The notes beneath the pieces are model-generated. The model was not told the DNA's origin and ran no database searches. It saw nothing but the letters and a program-made list of their open reading frames with translations. Shown piece after piece: positions 36,618 to 45,481 of a DNA stretch of 64,000 nucleotides. The position numbers and the translations under genes are program-made. The first letter of the stretch is position 1, and each line of letters begins with the position of its first letter. The stretch lies in IMG/VR virus record IMGVR_UViG_3300042386_001233, positions 1-64,000 of that record, one strand, 5' to 3'.

Positions 36618-39110
36618 ATGAGTACGCCATGGTACACAATATTCGGTCCTAGGTCTTGGCCAGGAGTAGAAATCAATACCGGCAATAAAAAGATAGATGC
36701 CGTATACTATAATTTATTGAGCAACAACAATGTTCAGTTAGCTGCTAGCGGAGTTATGTGGCTAGTTGCTGGTACTGGGATTAGAATGATTACTCCTGGT
36801 TATGTTGATGTTAGTGGGCTAAGAGCACATACTCTCCTTTTTAAGGACTCAAAGAGAATTGACAATAGTGGAAATATTATACCAACATATAGTGGAAGTA
36901 TAGGATCTGTAGCATATAAATACGATGATCATAATCTTGCTGGTATTCCTAGTGACGAATTAGTGTATAATAGCGGTCTTGGTAAGTTAACTATGCCATC
37001 TAAAGACATTGGTTTATTATATGTCAGTAGAGGTAATGTTGACGATGGAGCAGCCCCAACAAAAGAGTTTGGCTCATTCTCAGATATTGTTCCAGTGCCA
37101 AGAAAAGTTATTACAAGTACAGAGCCGGGTGTTCCTCCAACAATTATTCCTTCTTATGTTGCTGTAAATACTCATGCTATATTTAGTAGCGGAGTATCTA
37201 TTTATCCTAATTTAGAAAGCTATAAAGGAAGCATTCTGACCCATATGGGTTCTGGTAATAAGGTAGAGTGGACAAGTGCTCCGTATTTGAAAGCAGATGG
37301 AGCAACGTGGACTAGATTTCCAAAGAGGCCAATATATATTGATGGAGACAGAGTAATCTTCTATACAACAAGGCCTTCGTGGGCGCAAGACTGGGTTAAT
37401 AGTCCAACACTTGAAAGTCTGGCAACAGAATTTGGCAATGGCGAAGATACCATAGAACTAATAACATCGCTAGATAGATCTGTTACACATGTGAAGTTCG
37501 CAACAACTATTCTCTACGGTGTTGGAGATGTTCAGTCAGGAGATGGTCCAGATTTATTAACTCCACTCAACTCGCTATTTACTCCTGTAACATTTACAGA
37601 TCCTGACGAAACAGACCCAGACGCTCCGCAAGCAGCAGGATATGCTGTTAAAATTTGTAGTCCAAAACCTTGGGATGGCTCATCATCAAAAGTTGATGTT
37701 AATGGATATGCGTTTTCTGTTACCAAGGGCGCTTATCTAAGTATGCAACTATCTCCAGATGCTACCGATAGATTTAATTGTATTGATAATTTCCCTAATA
37801 GTCCATTTAGATTTAAGCCAAGTACATCTAATAATATCAGTATAAGGCCTAATGTTAATACTGGTTTTAATTTACTAGCAGAGAATATTGACTTTATGGT
37901 TTTTGGCCAGCGGAAGACAAGCTTTAATAATTATGAAGAAGGAGTATTTGGTCTAGATAATAGTCTAACTCCAACTGGTTTGACACCAGCTTTTAAGGTA
38001 GATGCTAATATTCCTAATGCCGCAAGTGGCAGTATAGAGTCTGGCATTTATTATATTAAATATTTAGATAGAGCAAGACTAAATCCTTCTGGATGGAATT
38101 ATGATACTAATCCCAAGATTACGATAAACGCTAACTCTGCACATAGGATATCGTCGTTAGCTACTGGCATTAATACTGGGTTGGGATTATATGCTGATTT
38201 AACAGTAAGCGGAATAACATATAGTACTCAGGTTATGGCTGATAAAATTTTCTTGAATCCTAAGCCAACAGATGACAACTCTAGTATTTATATTGCTAAT
38301 TCTTTACTTACTCTTGATAGGTCTGGTAGGATTATTTCTCGTATTCCAAGACAAAATCCAACAGTCCCATCAGCACCAAGTGGCATAAGGTTAGACCCAG
38401 GTCACACCAACGGTATAGGCAACACAGAAGTTTCTCTAGTATGGACAGCACCAGAAAGCGACGGTAGAAGTGCTTTATTAGACTATGTTTTACAATTTTC
38501 TAGTAATAATGGAGAAACGTGGACAGACTTACCCAATAATTTATATAGTATAGATAGAGCATCAGATATTACTCCATTAGCAACAATTGTTGGACTATCT
38601 CCATTAGTCTCATACCGATTCAGAGTGGCTGCACAAAACGGTATTGGCCTTGGAGATTACTCAAATGCTTCAACTTCAATTACTCCTGGTTCTGAAGTTC
38701 CAAAACGACCAGATAGTTTAGTTGCTAGTAGAGCATTTGATGAAACTTTGTATTCAAACATAACGCTATCTTGGGATGCTCCTCAAGCAGGAGCAGACGA
38801 TGTATTAGGATATGTTATTGAAGAATCAACAGACAATGGAGCCACTTGGCAATATTATAACCTTCTAACTGCCTTAATATCTTCAACGTCAGAATTAATA
38901 TCTGGAACTGAGTCTGCGTTAGATTATGCTTATAGAGTATCAGCATGGAATTCTTATGGTCAAAGTGCTTTCTCTTATGTTTATGTTCAAGGTAATGTTA
39001 TTGACGAAGTTGATCCAGAAGAAGCTGCTAGACAAGAAGAAAAAGCTAATGACGTTTTAAGTAATTGGGATTTCGGTAAAGTACTATTCACAGGAGTATG
39101 CCCCACATGA
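36618..39110 (+). CDS. Tail fibre-like protein with two C-terminal fibronectin type III domains
   Basis: 830 aa. PSAPSG..LVWTAP..DY..YRFRVAAQNGIG and PKRP..LSWDAP..GY..YRVSAWNSYG are FN3 signatures; the middle domain is shared with the 33089 protein. Confidence 0.75.
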   Translation: MSTPWYTIFGPRSWPGVEINTGNKKIDAVYYNLLSNNNVQLAASGVMWLVAGTGIRMITPGYVDVSGLRAHTLLFKDSKRIDNSGNIIPTYSGSIGSVAYKYDDHNLAGIPSDELVYNSGLGKLTMPSKDIGLLYVSRGNVDDGAAPTKEFGSFSDIVPVPRKVITSTEPGVPPTIIPSYVAVNTHAIFSSGVSIYPNLESYKGSILTHMGSGNKVEWTSAPYLKADGATWTRFPKRPIYIDGDRVIFYTTRPSWAQDWVNSPTLESLATEFGNGEDTIELITSLDRSVTHVKFATTILYGVGDVQSGDGPDLLTPLNSLFTPVTFTDPDETDPDAPQAAGYAVKICSPKPWDGSSSKVDVNGYAFSVTKGAYLSMQLSPDATDRFNCIDNFPNSPFRFKPSTSNNISIRPNVNTGFNLLAENIDFMVFGQRKTSFNNYEEGVFGLDNSLTPTGLTPAFKVDANIPNAASGSIESGIYYIKYLDRARLNPSGWNYDTNPKITINANSAHRISSLATGINTGLGLYADLTVSGITYSTQVMADKIFLNPKPTDDNSSIYIANSLLTLDRSGRIISRIPRQNPTVPSAPSGIRLDPGHTNGIGNTEVSLVWTAPESDGRSALLDYVLQFSSNNGETWTDLPNNLYSIDRASDITPLATIVGLSPLVSYRFRVAAQNGIGLGDYSNASTSITPGSEVPKRPDSLVASRAFDETLYSNITLSWDAPQAGADDVLGYVIEESTDNGATWQYYNLLTALISSTSELISGTESALDYAYRVSAWNSYGQSAFSYVYVQGNVIDEVDPEEAARQEEKANDVLSNWDFGKVLFTGVCPT

Positions 39111-39676
39111 GCCTTTTATTATTCAAAAGAGACGAAACAGGATTAGGCCACCCAGCACCAGAGCAATTATCTATTGGAGAAATTGTTATTAATAGTGTTA
39201 CTGGTAAGTTATATACCAAGCTAGTAGATGGTTCTGTTATAGAATTTATAGGACAAAAAATTTGCTTTGATCCTCTTCCAGAAATATTAACATATTATGA
39301 AAATGCTCTTATTTCTAATGATATAGTGAATAGTTTTTGTTGCACTGGTGCGTTATTAGAATTTGAGGTTAAAAAATTAAAGTTAGAGCCGTCCCCGTAT
39401 TCTTTTAGATTAACAGAACTAACAAGTAATGCTGCTCCACAAGATATTGCTATACAGGATGCCAAATTTTCAGTGTATACAGAATCCACTCCAGCTGTAC
39501 CACCAAGTACAACTCCAACTTCTATAACCTATAGAAAAGCTATTGTGCCAATTAATTTAGCAATAACTCTAAATACCCAAGGTATTAGTTTATTTAAATT
39601 TGCTGTTATAGGAGATCCTGGTAGACCACCACTAATAGAAAAAATTATCACCATCAGATGCCAAGAAGCCGTATAG
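39107..39676 (+). CDS. Virion protein with Mtd/hyaluronidase-type N-terminal fibre motif
   Basis: Start moved to ATG 39107 (AGGAG 10 nt upstream, ATGA overlap). FKRDETG..P..LSIGEIVINSVTGKLY matches the KR...L..GE..IN..DGKLY motif. Confidence 0.55.
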   Translation: MSLLLFKRDETGLGHPAPEQLSIGEIVINSVTGKLYTKLVDGSVIEFIGQKICFDPLPEILTYYENALISNDIVNSFCCTGALLEFEVKKLKLEPSPYSFRLTELTSNAAPQDIAIQDAKFSVYTESTPAVPPSTTPTSITYRKAIVPINLAITLNTQGISLFKFAVIGDPGRPPLIEKIITIRCQEAV

Positions 39677-39686
39677 GATAACTCTT

Positions 39687-40574
39687 ATGATAAATACTAT
39701 TAATCATAGTTTAGAAGAAGGCGAGGCCGGATTATTGCTTCGCTTTAATGTTGACTTAGCACAGCTCAAAAAAAGAGATCAGTATATTGTACAGTTTGAC
39801 TCTCCGGTTTCTTTACCATATGATCCTCCTATTTCTCTGTCCTATACGCCAGATCCTCCGTCATATTCTATTATTAATAGTGGAGGAATTATTCCTCAAA
39901 TTTTTGTTAAGATCAAATCTCTTCATAGAGCAGAGACTAAGACCTTGCTTAGATTAACTATTAAAGATATCTATAATACTATATTGTATGTTGATTACTT
40001 ATTAATAATTTGCTCTCCACAGTCTACACTTAAATTTGAAGCATCACTACTACCATCAAATATCTCAGGAAATGTTGGAGATAATGGTGGTAGTAAAATA
40101 AAGTTAGCACAACCCAATACCATTAGATTAGATGTTGGAATGTCAGTTACCGGTCCTGGTCTATCAAGTACTATATCTTATGCTATCAAGAGAATAGAAA
40201 CTGCTGATACTATTGAATTAGATAAATTAGTACCAACATTTGACAACAGAACAATAAGTGGAACATTTACTTTTACCAGAACCACAGGATGCGTAGACCC
40301 TAGCTCATTGGCGCTAAGGTCATCTCAGCCAGTATATACGATCTTAGATTTTAGTAATAATTGGACATATGAAATTGGTAATAGAATTATTGCTCAATTT
40401 ATTGTGGAAAATAAAGAAGATAATTTAGATACTATAGTATTATTGCCAATTAAAAATGCTTCTTTATTAAATAATCCTGATAACTCGGCTGCTATACCAA
40501 GTGTTTCCATAATTAAGGCTGGTGGCAGAGTTATGAATGATTCTCAGTGTTTATCTGGACTGGTTTTTAGTTAA
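39687..40574 (+). CDS. Hypothetical beta-rich virion protein
   Basis: 295 aa; in the operon; no family recognised. Confidence 0.6.
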   Translation: MINTINHSLEEGEAGLLLRFNVDLAQLKKRDQYIVQFDSPVSLPYDPPISLSYTPDPPSYSIINSGGIIPQIFVKIKSLHRAETKTLLRLTIKDIYNTILYVDYLLIICSPQSTLKFEASLLPSNISGNVGDNGGSKIKLAQPNTIRLDVGMSVTGPGLSSTISYAIKRIETADTIELDKLVPTFDNRTISGTFTFTRTTGCVDPSSLALRSSQPVYTILDFSNNWTYEIGNRIIAQFIVENKEDNLDTIVLLPIKNASLLNNPDNSAAIPSVSIIKAGGRVMNDSQCLSGLVFS

Positions 40575-40588
40575 TTGACAAATAGCAT

Positions 40589-40594
40589 GGTGTA
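40589..40594 (+). promoter_or_regulatory. GGTGTA motif, candidate late-promoter element
   Basis: Intergenic, 41 nt before the ATG at 40630; the context TGGTGTAAT resembles an extended -10. Confidence 0.4.
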
Positions 40595-40629
40595 ATTAAT
40601 TATGAGTTTCCATATTTTGAGTAAATAAT

Positions 40630-41829
40630 ATGATTATAAATAGCCAATTTTTTATTACATACTACATCGGCCAAGAACCTCTGCCGCTTAAAACCATACC
40701 AGCGTCTTTGGCTCCTAATAGTATCGGACGCATAGAGTACGACACTTTTATGCAGGCCATAGACACTATTTATGGAAGTCAGACTCTTGATGGTTCTATA
40801 CCTAAATTTTGGACAAGAAGAACCCAGGCTGTTGATATACTAGGAAATATTAAATACTTTTATGAGCCACACCCAGATTCTACATTATCACAATTAGATA
40901 GTAAGTCATCTTATTATTTTATTGTTAGAGACACTACAGCAATTCCTGTGAGAGTTCCTTCTATTGGTGGGCTGTTATTAGGATTTACAGACGCTAATAA
41001 GCTACCCAACGTACTAGCAGAAAGCATACCAAATACTAAACTCTCTGATGATAGTAAATACTCATTCTCTCCAAGGATTGAAAATTTACAGCCTTATGAA
41101 GAATATAAATATGAGTTTAAAACAGTTAATGCAAATTGGCCGGTAAGCATTAGCACAATATCCGGTATAATCAAACCGTCAACAGATAAAATTTCAATTC
41201 AAAGTAATGTTGGTTTTTGTCCCAGTACTGGCAATTGTGACACTAATGTTATGCCCTTTTCATTACCAGAAGTGTGTGCTCTTTCTAGTTCTGACAATAA
41301 GAGCATCACAATGCAGCTATCAGTAGTTCCACTGTCCTATGTCGGCATGGAGGTATTAAGTAATCAGTTTACTGTTGAATGTCAAGACTGTTTACCCAAA
41401 CCGTTCATAGCAATTTCTGGGAAATCTCCCTCTTTGGTGCTAGAGCCTGTAGCAGACGATGCCGAGCCCGCATCATATTCTTTTGAATTGATTACTAAGA
41501 ATTTAGAATTAGACAAAGAATATTCTTATAGTATTGAAGTATTAAGATCAGAGTGGCCTTTTGTATTTACCAATCCAACATCTGGCAATATTACGGTAAA
41601 ATCATCAACAGATAAGCCTCTATTAGATGGTAAAATGTTTTTCTGTCCAGCAACAGGGCTATGTCCACCAAATACAAATGGTGTCCTCCCCTATACTGTT
41701 CCATCATATCCAAAGTTTTTAACTGGAGCAGCAACCTATAGTGTTACTCTAAGGGCTGTATTAGATTCTTCTGAGTGCGACACAGAAACTGTGTATAGTT
41801 TACCCATCACCATATCTTATAAAAATTAA
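40630..41829 (+). CDS. Cys/NWP-repeat protein 1 (2 modules)
   Basis: 399 aa; modules with xWP..SG, FCPxxGxC and CxDCLP. Confidence 0.7.
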   Translation: MIINSQFFITYYIGQEPLPLKTIPASLAPNSIGRIEYDTFMQAIDTIYGSQTLDGSIPKFWTRRTQAVDILGNIKYFYEPHPDSTLSQLDSKSSYYFIVRDTTAIPVRVPSIGGLLLGFTDANKLPNVLAESIPNTKLSDDSKYSFSPRIENLQPYEEYKYEFKTVNANWPVSISTISGIIKPSTDKISIQSNVGFCPSTGNCDTNVMPFSLPEVCALSSSDNKSITMQLSVVPLSYVGMEVLSNQFTVECQDCLPKPFIAISGKSPSLVLEPVADDAEPASYSFELITKNLELDKEYSYSIEVLRSEWPFVFTNPTSGNITVKSSTDKPLLDGKMFFCPATGLCPPNTNGVLPYTVPSYPKFLTGAATYSVTLRAVLDSSECDTETVYSLPITISYKN

Positions 41830-41835
41830 ATTATC

Positions 41836-43125
41836 ATGAGTACAGAAAATTATCCATCAAACGATCCCAGACTTGAGAGTTTAGCTGATACTAACCCGTC
41901 TCCTTCGGTACCGCCAACACCAACTGAAAATCATATCAGAGACGTTGCTCTTTCAGTAAAGGGATTAATTAAAAGATTGGAATATAAATATGTTGTAGAG
42001 AGTCTTGGGGCCAACTGGCCCGTAGCTATTGTTCCTGTGTCCGGATCTTTTGTAGCAGAGTCGAAGACAGAAACACTTAATGTCAAAGCTATTTTTTGTC
42101 CCAACTTTATTTTATGTCCATCTGGTAGTGCTGATGTTCTTCCATATAATCGTAATTATAGTTATGGAGTAGAAAATAAATTATTATTCACAACTATCAG
42201 GCTTAAAGTTTCAGAGCTAGATTCAAATACTGACTTTATATACGGTACCCCAGTAGCTTTGTCATGTGCTAATTGTCTGCCTGAAGTTGGTCCCAAAATA
42301 ACATTACCTGATAGTATAACCCTTGATAATAAAACCCAAAACAGTATTATGGTTAGTGGACTAGCTAGTGGCATATCTCCAGACACCCGGTATTCTTATC
42401 GTTATAAAGTATTAGACGCAACATGGCCAGTTTCGCTTTATCCTTTAAGTGGAACTATTAAGAGCGCCACAGAAACAGTATCTGTACCAAGTCAATTAGT
42501 GTTTTGTGAAACATCAGGAAATTATCAAACTGACATGTGTGGAACTCCTAAAGAAAAGAGAGCAACACTAAGCTTAGAACTAACACCATTAGCAGCAGAT
42601 ACTGAAACAGTATCGATTCTATCTGTTAATAGTAGTAAAATTATTAGTAACGATATGATTGCGAATTGTGATGATTGTATTCCGTATCCAGAATTACAAA
42701 TATCAGCCTCACCATTAAATACTAGTAAATCTGATAGAATTAGTATTAGCGGATCCATAAAAAATCTGAAAGTAAACCATCTATATAACTATAGTTTAGA
42801 AAATATTGATTCTAATTGGCCATTATATGTCGGATCCAGATCAGGAACAATAACACCAACATCGCCTGAAGATATATCTCTGAGTTTTGTCGGAGAATTT
42901 TGCAAAACGCCAGCTCTTTGTCCTTCTGGATCATCGGCTGTAATACCATATTCTACAGTTGTTAATGGTACTAACGCCTATACGTCATTTAAGCTTAAGC
43001 TGGTTGACCCGGCGATTACAGGCTCCTATTATAGTAATAACATTAGGGTCTACTGTAGCGACTGCTCTCAGAGTTTTATGCCTGTTTTAGTATCATCCCA
43101 GGTTTCAGATAACCCCACTTGTTAA
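41836..43125 (+). CDS. Cys/NWP-repeat protein 2 (3 modules)
   Basis: 429 aa; xWP at 42013, 42421 and 42814. Confidence 0.7.
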   Translation: MSTENYPSNDPRLESLADTNPSPSVPPTPTENHIRDVALSVKGLIKRLEYKYVVESLGANWPVAIVPVSGSFVAESKTETLNVKAIFCPNFILCPSGSADVLPYNRNYSYGVENKLLFTTIRLKVSELDSNTDFIYGTPVALSCANCLPEVGPKITLPDSITLDNKTQNSIMVSGLASGISPDTRYSYRYKVLDATWPVSLYPLSGTIKSATETVSVPSQLVFCETSGNYQTDMCGTPKEKRATLSLELTPLAADTETVSILSVNSSKIISNDMIANCDDCIPYPELQISASPLNTSKSDRISISGSIKNLKVNHLYNYSLENIDSNWPLYVGSRSGTITPTSPEDISLSFVGEFCKTPALCPSGSSAVIPYSTVVNGTNAYTSFKLKLVDPAITGSYYSNNIRVYCSDCSQSFMPVLVSSQVSDNPTC

Positions 43126-43138
43126 TAAGGTATAATAA

Positions 43139-45454
43139 ATGTCAAATGTTAAAAGCATAGGAATTAAAGTTAGTGGATTAAGTCCACTAGATACATATAA
43201 TTATACATTTTCAAATAAGGGAGGAAATTGGCCAGTTAAACTATCTCCATTATCTGGATCTTTCAAGTCCAATTCTATAGGCAACGTATATGAGATTAGA
43301 TCATATGTAGAATTTTGTGCAACAACGGGGCTATGTCCTCCGGGAGCAACTAACGTTTTATACAATGCTCCATATATTGATAGTAATGCTGGTGCCTCTG
43401 TAGACAGAACAACACTGTATTCTGTAATAGGCTTATCTCTAGTATCAGCAGCAACGTCTGAAAAAGTCTTAGATACTCAAGCACTAATAGAGTGCGAAAA
43501 TTGCTTACCAAACATCTCTCTAACAGCAGAAGAAAATATCGTGTTAGATGAGTCATCATTAAATACCAGACAAATAGCTACAGCAGTCAATGGTTTGATT
43601 CCCAACCAATCTTATACATATGTCTTTACATCAATCGATAGTAATTGGCCAGTAAAAGTAACTCCAGTTTCTGGCACTATTCGCTCATCAGCCGATTCTG
43701 CTAATATTAAGAGTCTAGTAACTCTTTGTGCCAATTCTGGAGATTGTGCTAATGGATTGTTTTTTGTTCCAACACAAAATTGTGATGCTGGTCAGAGCCC
43801 GTTCTCAGCTATCAAGCTTACAGTATCTCCAGTAAATAGTAGCCTACAAGAGCCCGTATCCGCTGATTTTACCGTATCTTGTGATAATTGTATTCCTAAA
43901 TTATCATTAATTTTACCATCTACCGTTAAACTTGATAGATTATCTAAGAATAAAACTTCTATAAATTTAGTAGCATCCAATCTTAAGCTTGGAAAACAAT
44001 ATGTTTATCATATTAATAGTGTAGATGCTAATTGGCCAGCTATTGTTACCCCCATTAGTGGTAAGCTAACTGCACATTATGATAGTATGAACATCCCACT
44101 GACTGTTACATTATGTCCATCAACAGGACTATGCCCATCAGCCAGCAGCGACGTAATAGACTATAGTATAGACAGTAACTGCTTATTAGGCTATTCAAAT
44201 ATGGAGAGGTATGTTAGATTTAATGCTGATATTTCTGGAAATGAGTGTGATAGCGGATACGACAAAACCTATAGCAATGATGTAACGGTATCTTGTGTTG
44301 ATTGTTTGCCAAGAGCCAAAGTCTCTATTCCAAGCATAATGCTCTTATCTTCTGAGGATAAAAACGTAAATACCTTTACTTCTGATATAACCGATCTAGC
44401 TCCTGGACAAAAATATGAATATTCATTTAAATCAGTAGATAGTAACTGGCCCACACTGGTATATCCTATAACTGGTATTATTAGCACAGAATCAACATCA
44501 ATATCATTATCATCTAGAATAACATTTTGCAGATCAACGGGTCTATGTGAGAATGCTGAAAATCTTTTAGATTATACCTTTGATAATAGCAGTTTATATA
44601 GTGAGGGTCTTGAGAGATATTCTTCCATCGTTTTAGAGATTAAACCAGTAGACTGTTCATCTATACCGGTTTCTACAAGCAATACCATGCTAGTTAGATG
44701 TGACGGCTGTTTGCCAGTAGCATCTCTAACTCACTCATCCAATAGTGCTATTCTCTCTAGTCCAGGAATAAACAGATTCCAACTATCAACATCTGCTCAA
44801 AACCTAATTCCCGGAGAAACTTATTCATACGGAGTTAACTATGTTGATAGTAACTGGCCAACAATTGTGTCTAAACAATCTGGTGAATTTGTAGCTGTAT
44901 CTTCTAATAAAAATATCTTAACTGAATTGCAGTTCTGTTTTCCTAGCGGTACTTGTTCTCAAAATCCTGTTGATGTGATGCCATATAGAGTTAGTCCGAT
45001 TACTGCTAATACTAATAAATATGCTGTTATTAATCTTTCTATTACTGACACTACTAGCTCAAGTAGTCCTACTATTAGCGATGACTTCACACTAACCTGT
45101 TCAAATTGCCTACCAAATATTAATTACACTATGGCATTTTCTGGCAGTCCAACATTAGTACTACCAAGCAATTGTTGTTCTGGTAATCAAGTTATGAGAG
45201 TAAATATTGGCGGAGCTATTGCTGGAGATATTCATAATTATGTTCTATCTTCATCTTCTCCAAACGTATCATTCATGCCAACCAGCGGACAGATAATTTT
45301 CAAACAAGGCGGTTCTGGTACTATTGTTAGCATGATGAGCACATCACTAAGTAGTGAAACATCAGCAATAGCACAATGCAAGTTAACTAATGTTAGTTCT
45401 AATATTGAGACTGTAGACTTTTTGGTTATCAAATGCGGAACGAATGCCTGCTAA
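43139..45454 (+). CDS. Cys/NWP-repeat protein 3 (5 modules plus a degenerate sixth)
   Basis: 771 aa; NWP at 43226, 43643, 44030, 44444 and 44852. Confidence 0.7.
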   Translation: MSNVKSIGIKVSGLSPLDTYNYTFSNKGGNWPVKLSPLSGSFKSNSIGNVYEIRSYVEFCATTGLCPPGATNVLYNAPYIDSNAGASVDRTTLYSVIGLSLVSAATSEKVLDTQALIECENCLPNISLTAEENIVLDESSLNTRQIATAVNGLIPNQSYTYVFTSIDSNWPVKVTPVSGTIRSSADSANIKSLVTLCANSGDCANGLFFVPTQNCDAGQSPFSAIKLTVSPVNSSLQEPVSADFTVSCDNCIPKLSLILPSTVKLDRLSKNKTSINLVASNLKLGKQYVYHINSVDANWPAIVTPISGKLTAHYDSMNIPLTVTLCPSTGLCPSASSDVIDYSIDSNCLLGYSNMERYVRFNADISGNECDSGYDKTYSNDVTVSCVDCLPRAKVSIPSIMLLSSEDKNVNTFTSDITDLAPGQKYEYSFKSVDSNWPTLVYPITGIISTESTSISLSSRITFCRSTGLCENAENLLDYTFDNSSLYSEGLERYSSIVLEIKPVDCSSIPVSTSNTMLVRCDGCLPVASLTHSSNSAILSSPGINRFQLSTSAQNLIPGETYSYGVNYVDSNWPTIVSKQSGEFVAVSSNKNILTELQFCFPSGTCSQNPVDVMPYRVSPITANTNKYAVINLSITDTTSSSSPTISDDFTLTCSNCLPNINYTMAFSGSPTLVLPSNCCSGNQVMRVNIGGAIAGDIHNYVLSSSSPNVSFMPTSGQIIFKQGGSGTIVSMMSTSLSSETSAIAQCKLTNVSSNIETVDFLVIKCGTNAC

Positions 45455-45481
45455 TTATATAGACACAAGAGGATTTTGATA

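Noticed and set aside
40575-40603. Sigma70 promoter based on TTGACA at 40575
   Set aside because: No acceptable -10 hexamer at 16-18 nt spacing; the best TGTAAT is only 10 nt away.
2556-40629. tRNA, rRNA or structured ncRNA in intergenic gaps
   Set aside because: Gaps are short and AT-rich, with no cloverleaf or conserved RNA motifs; only the 13621 hairpin is structured.
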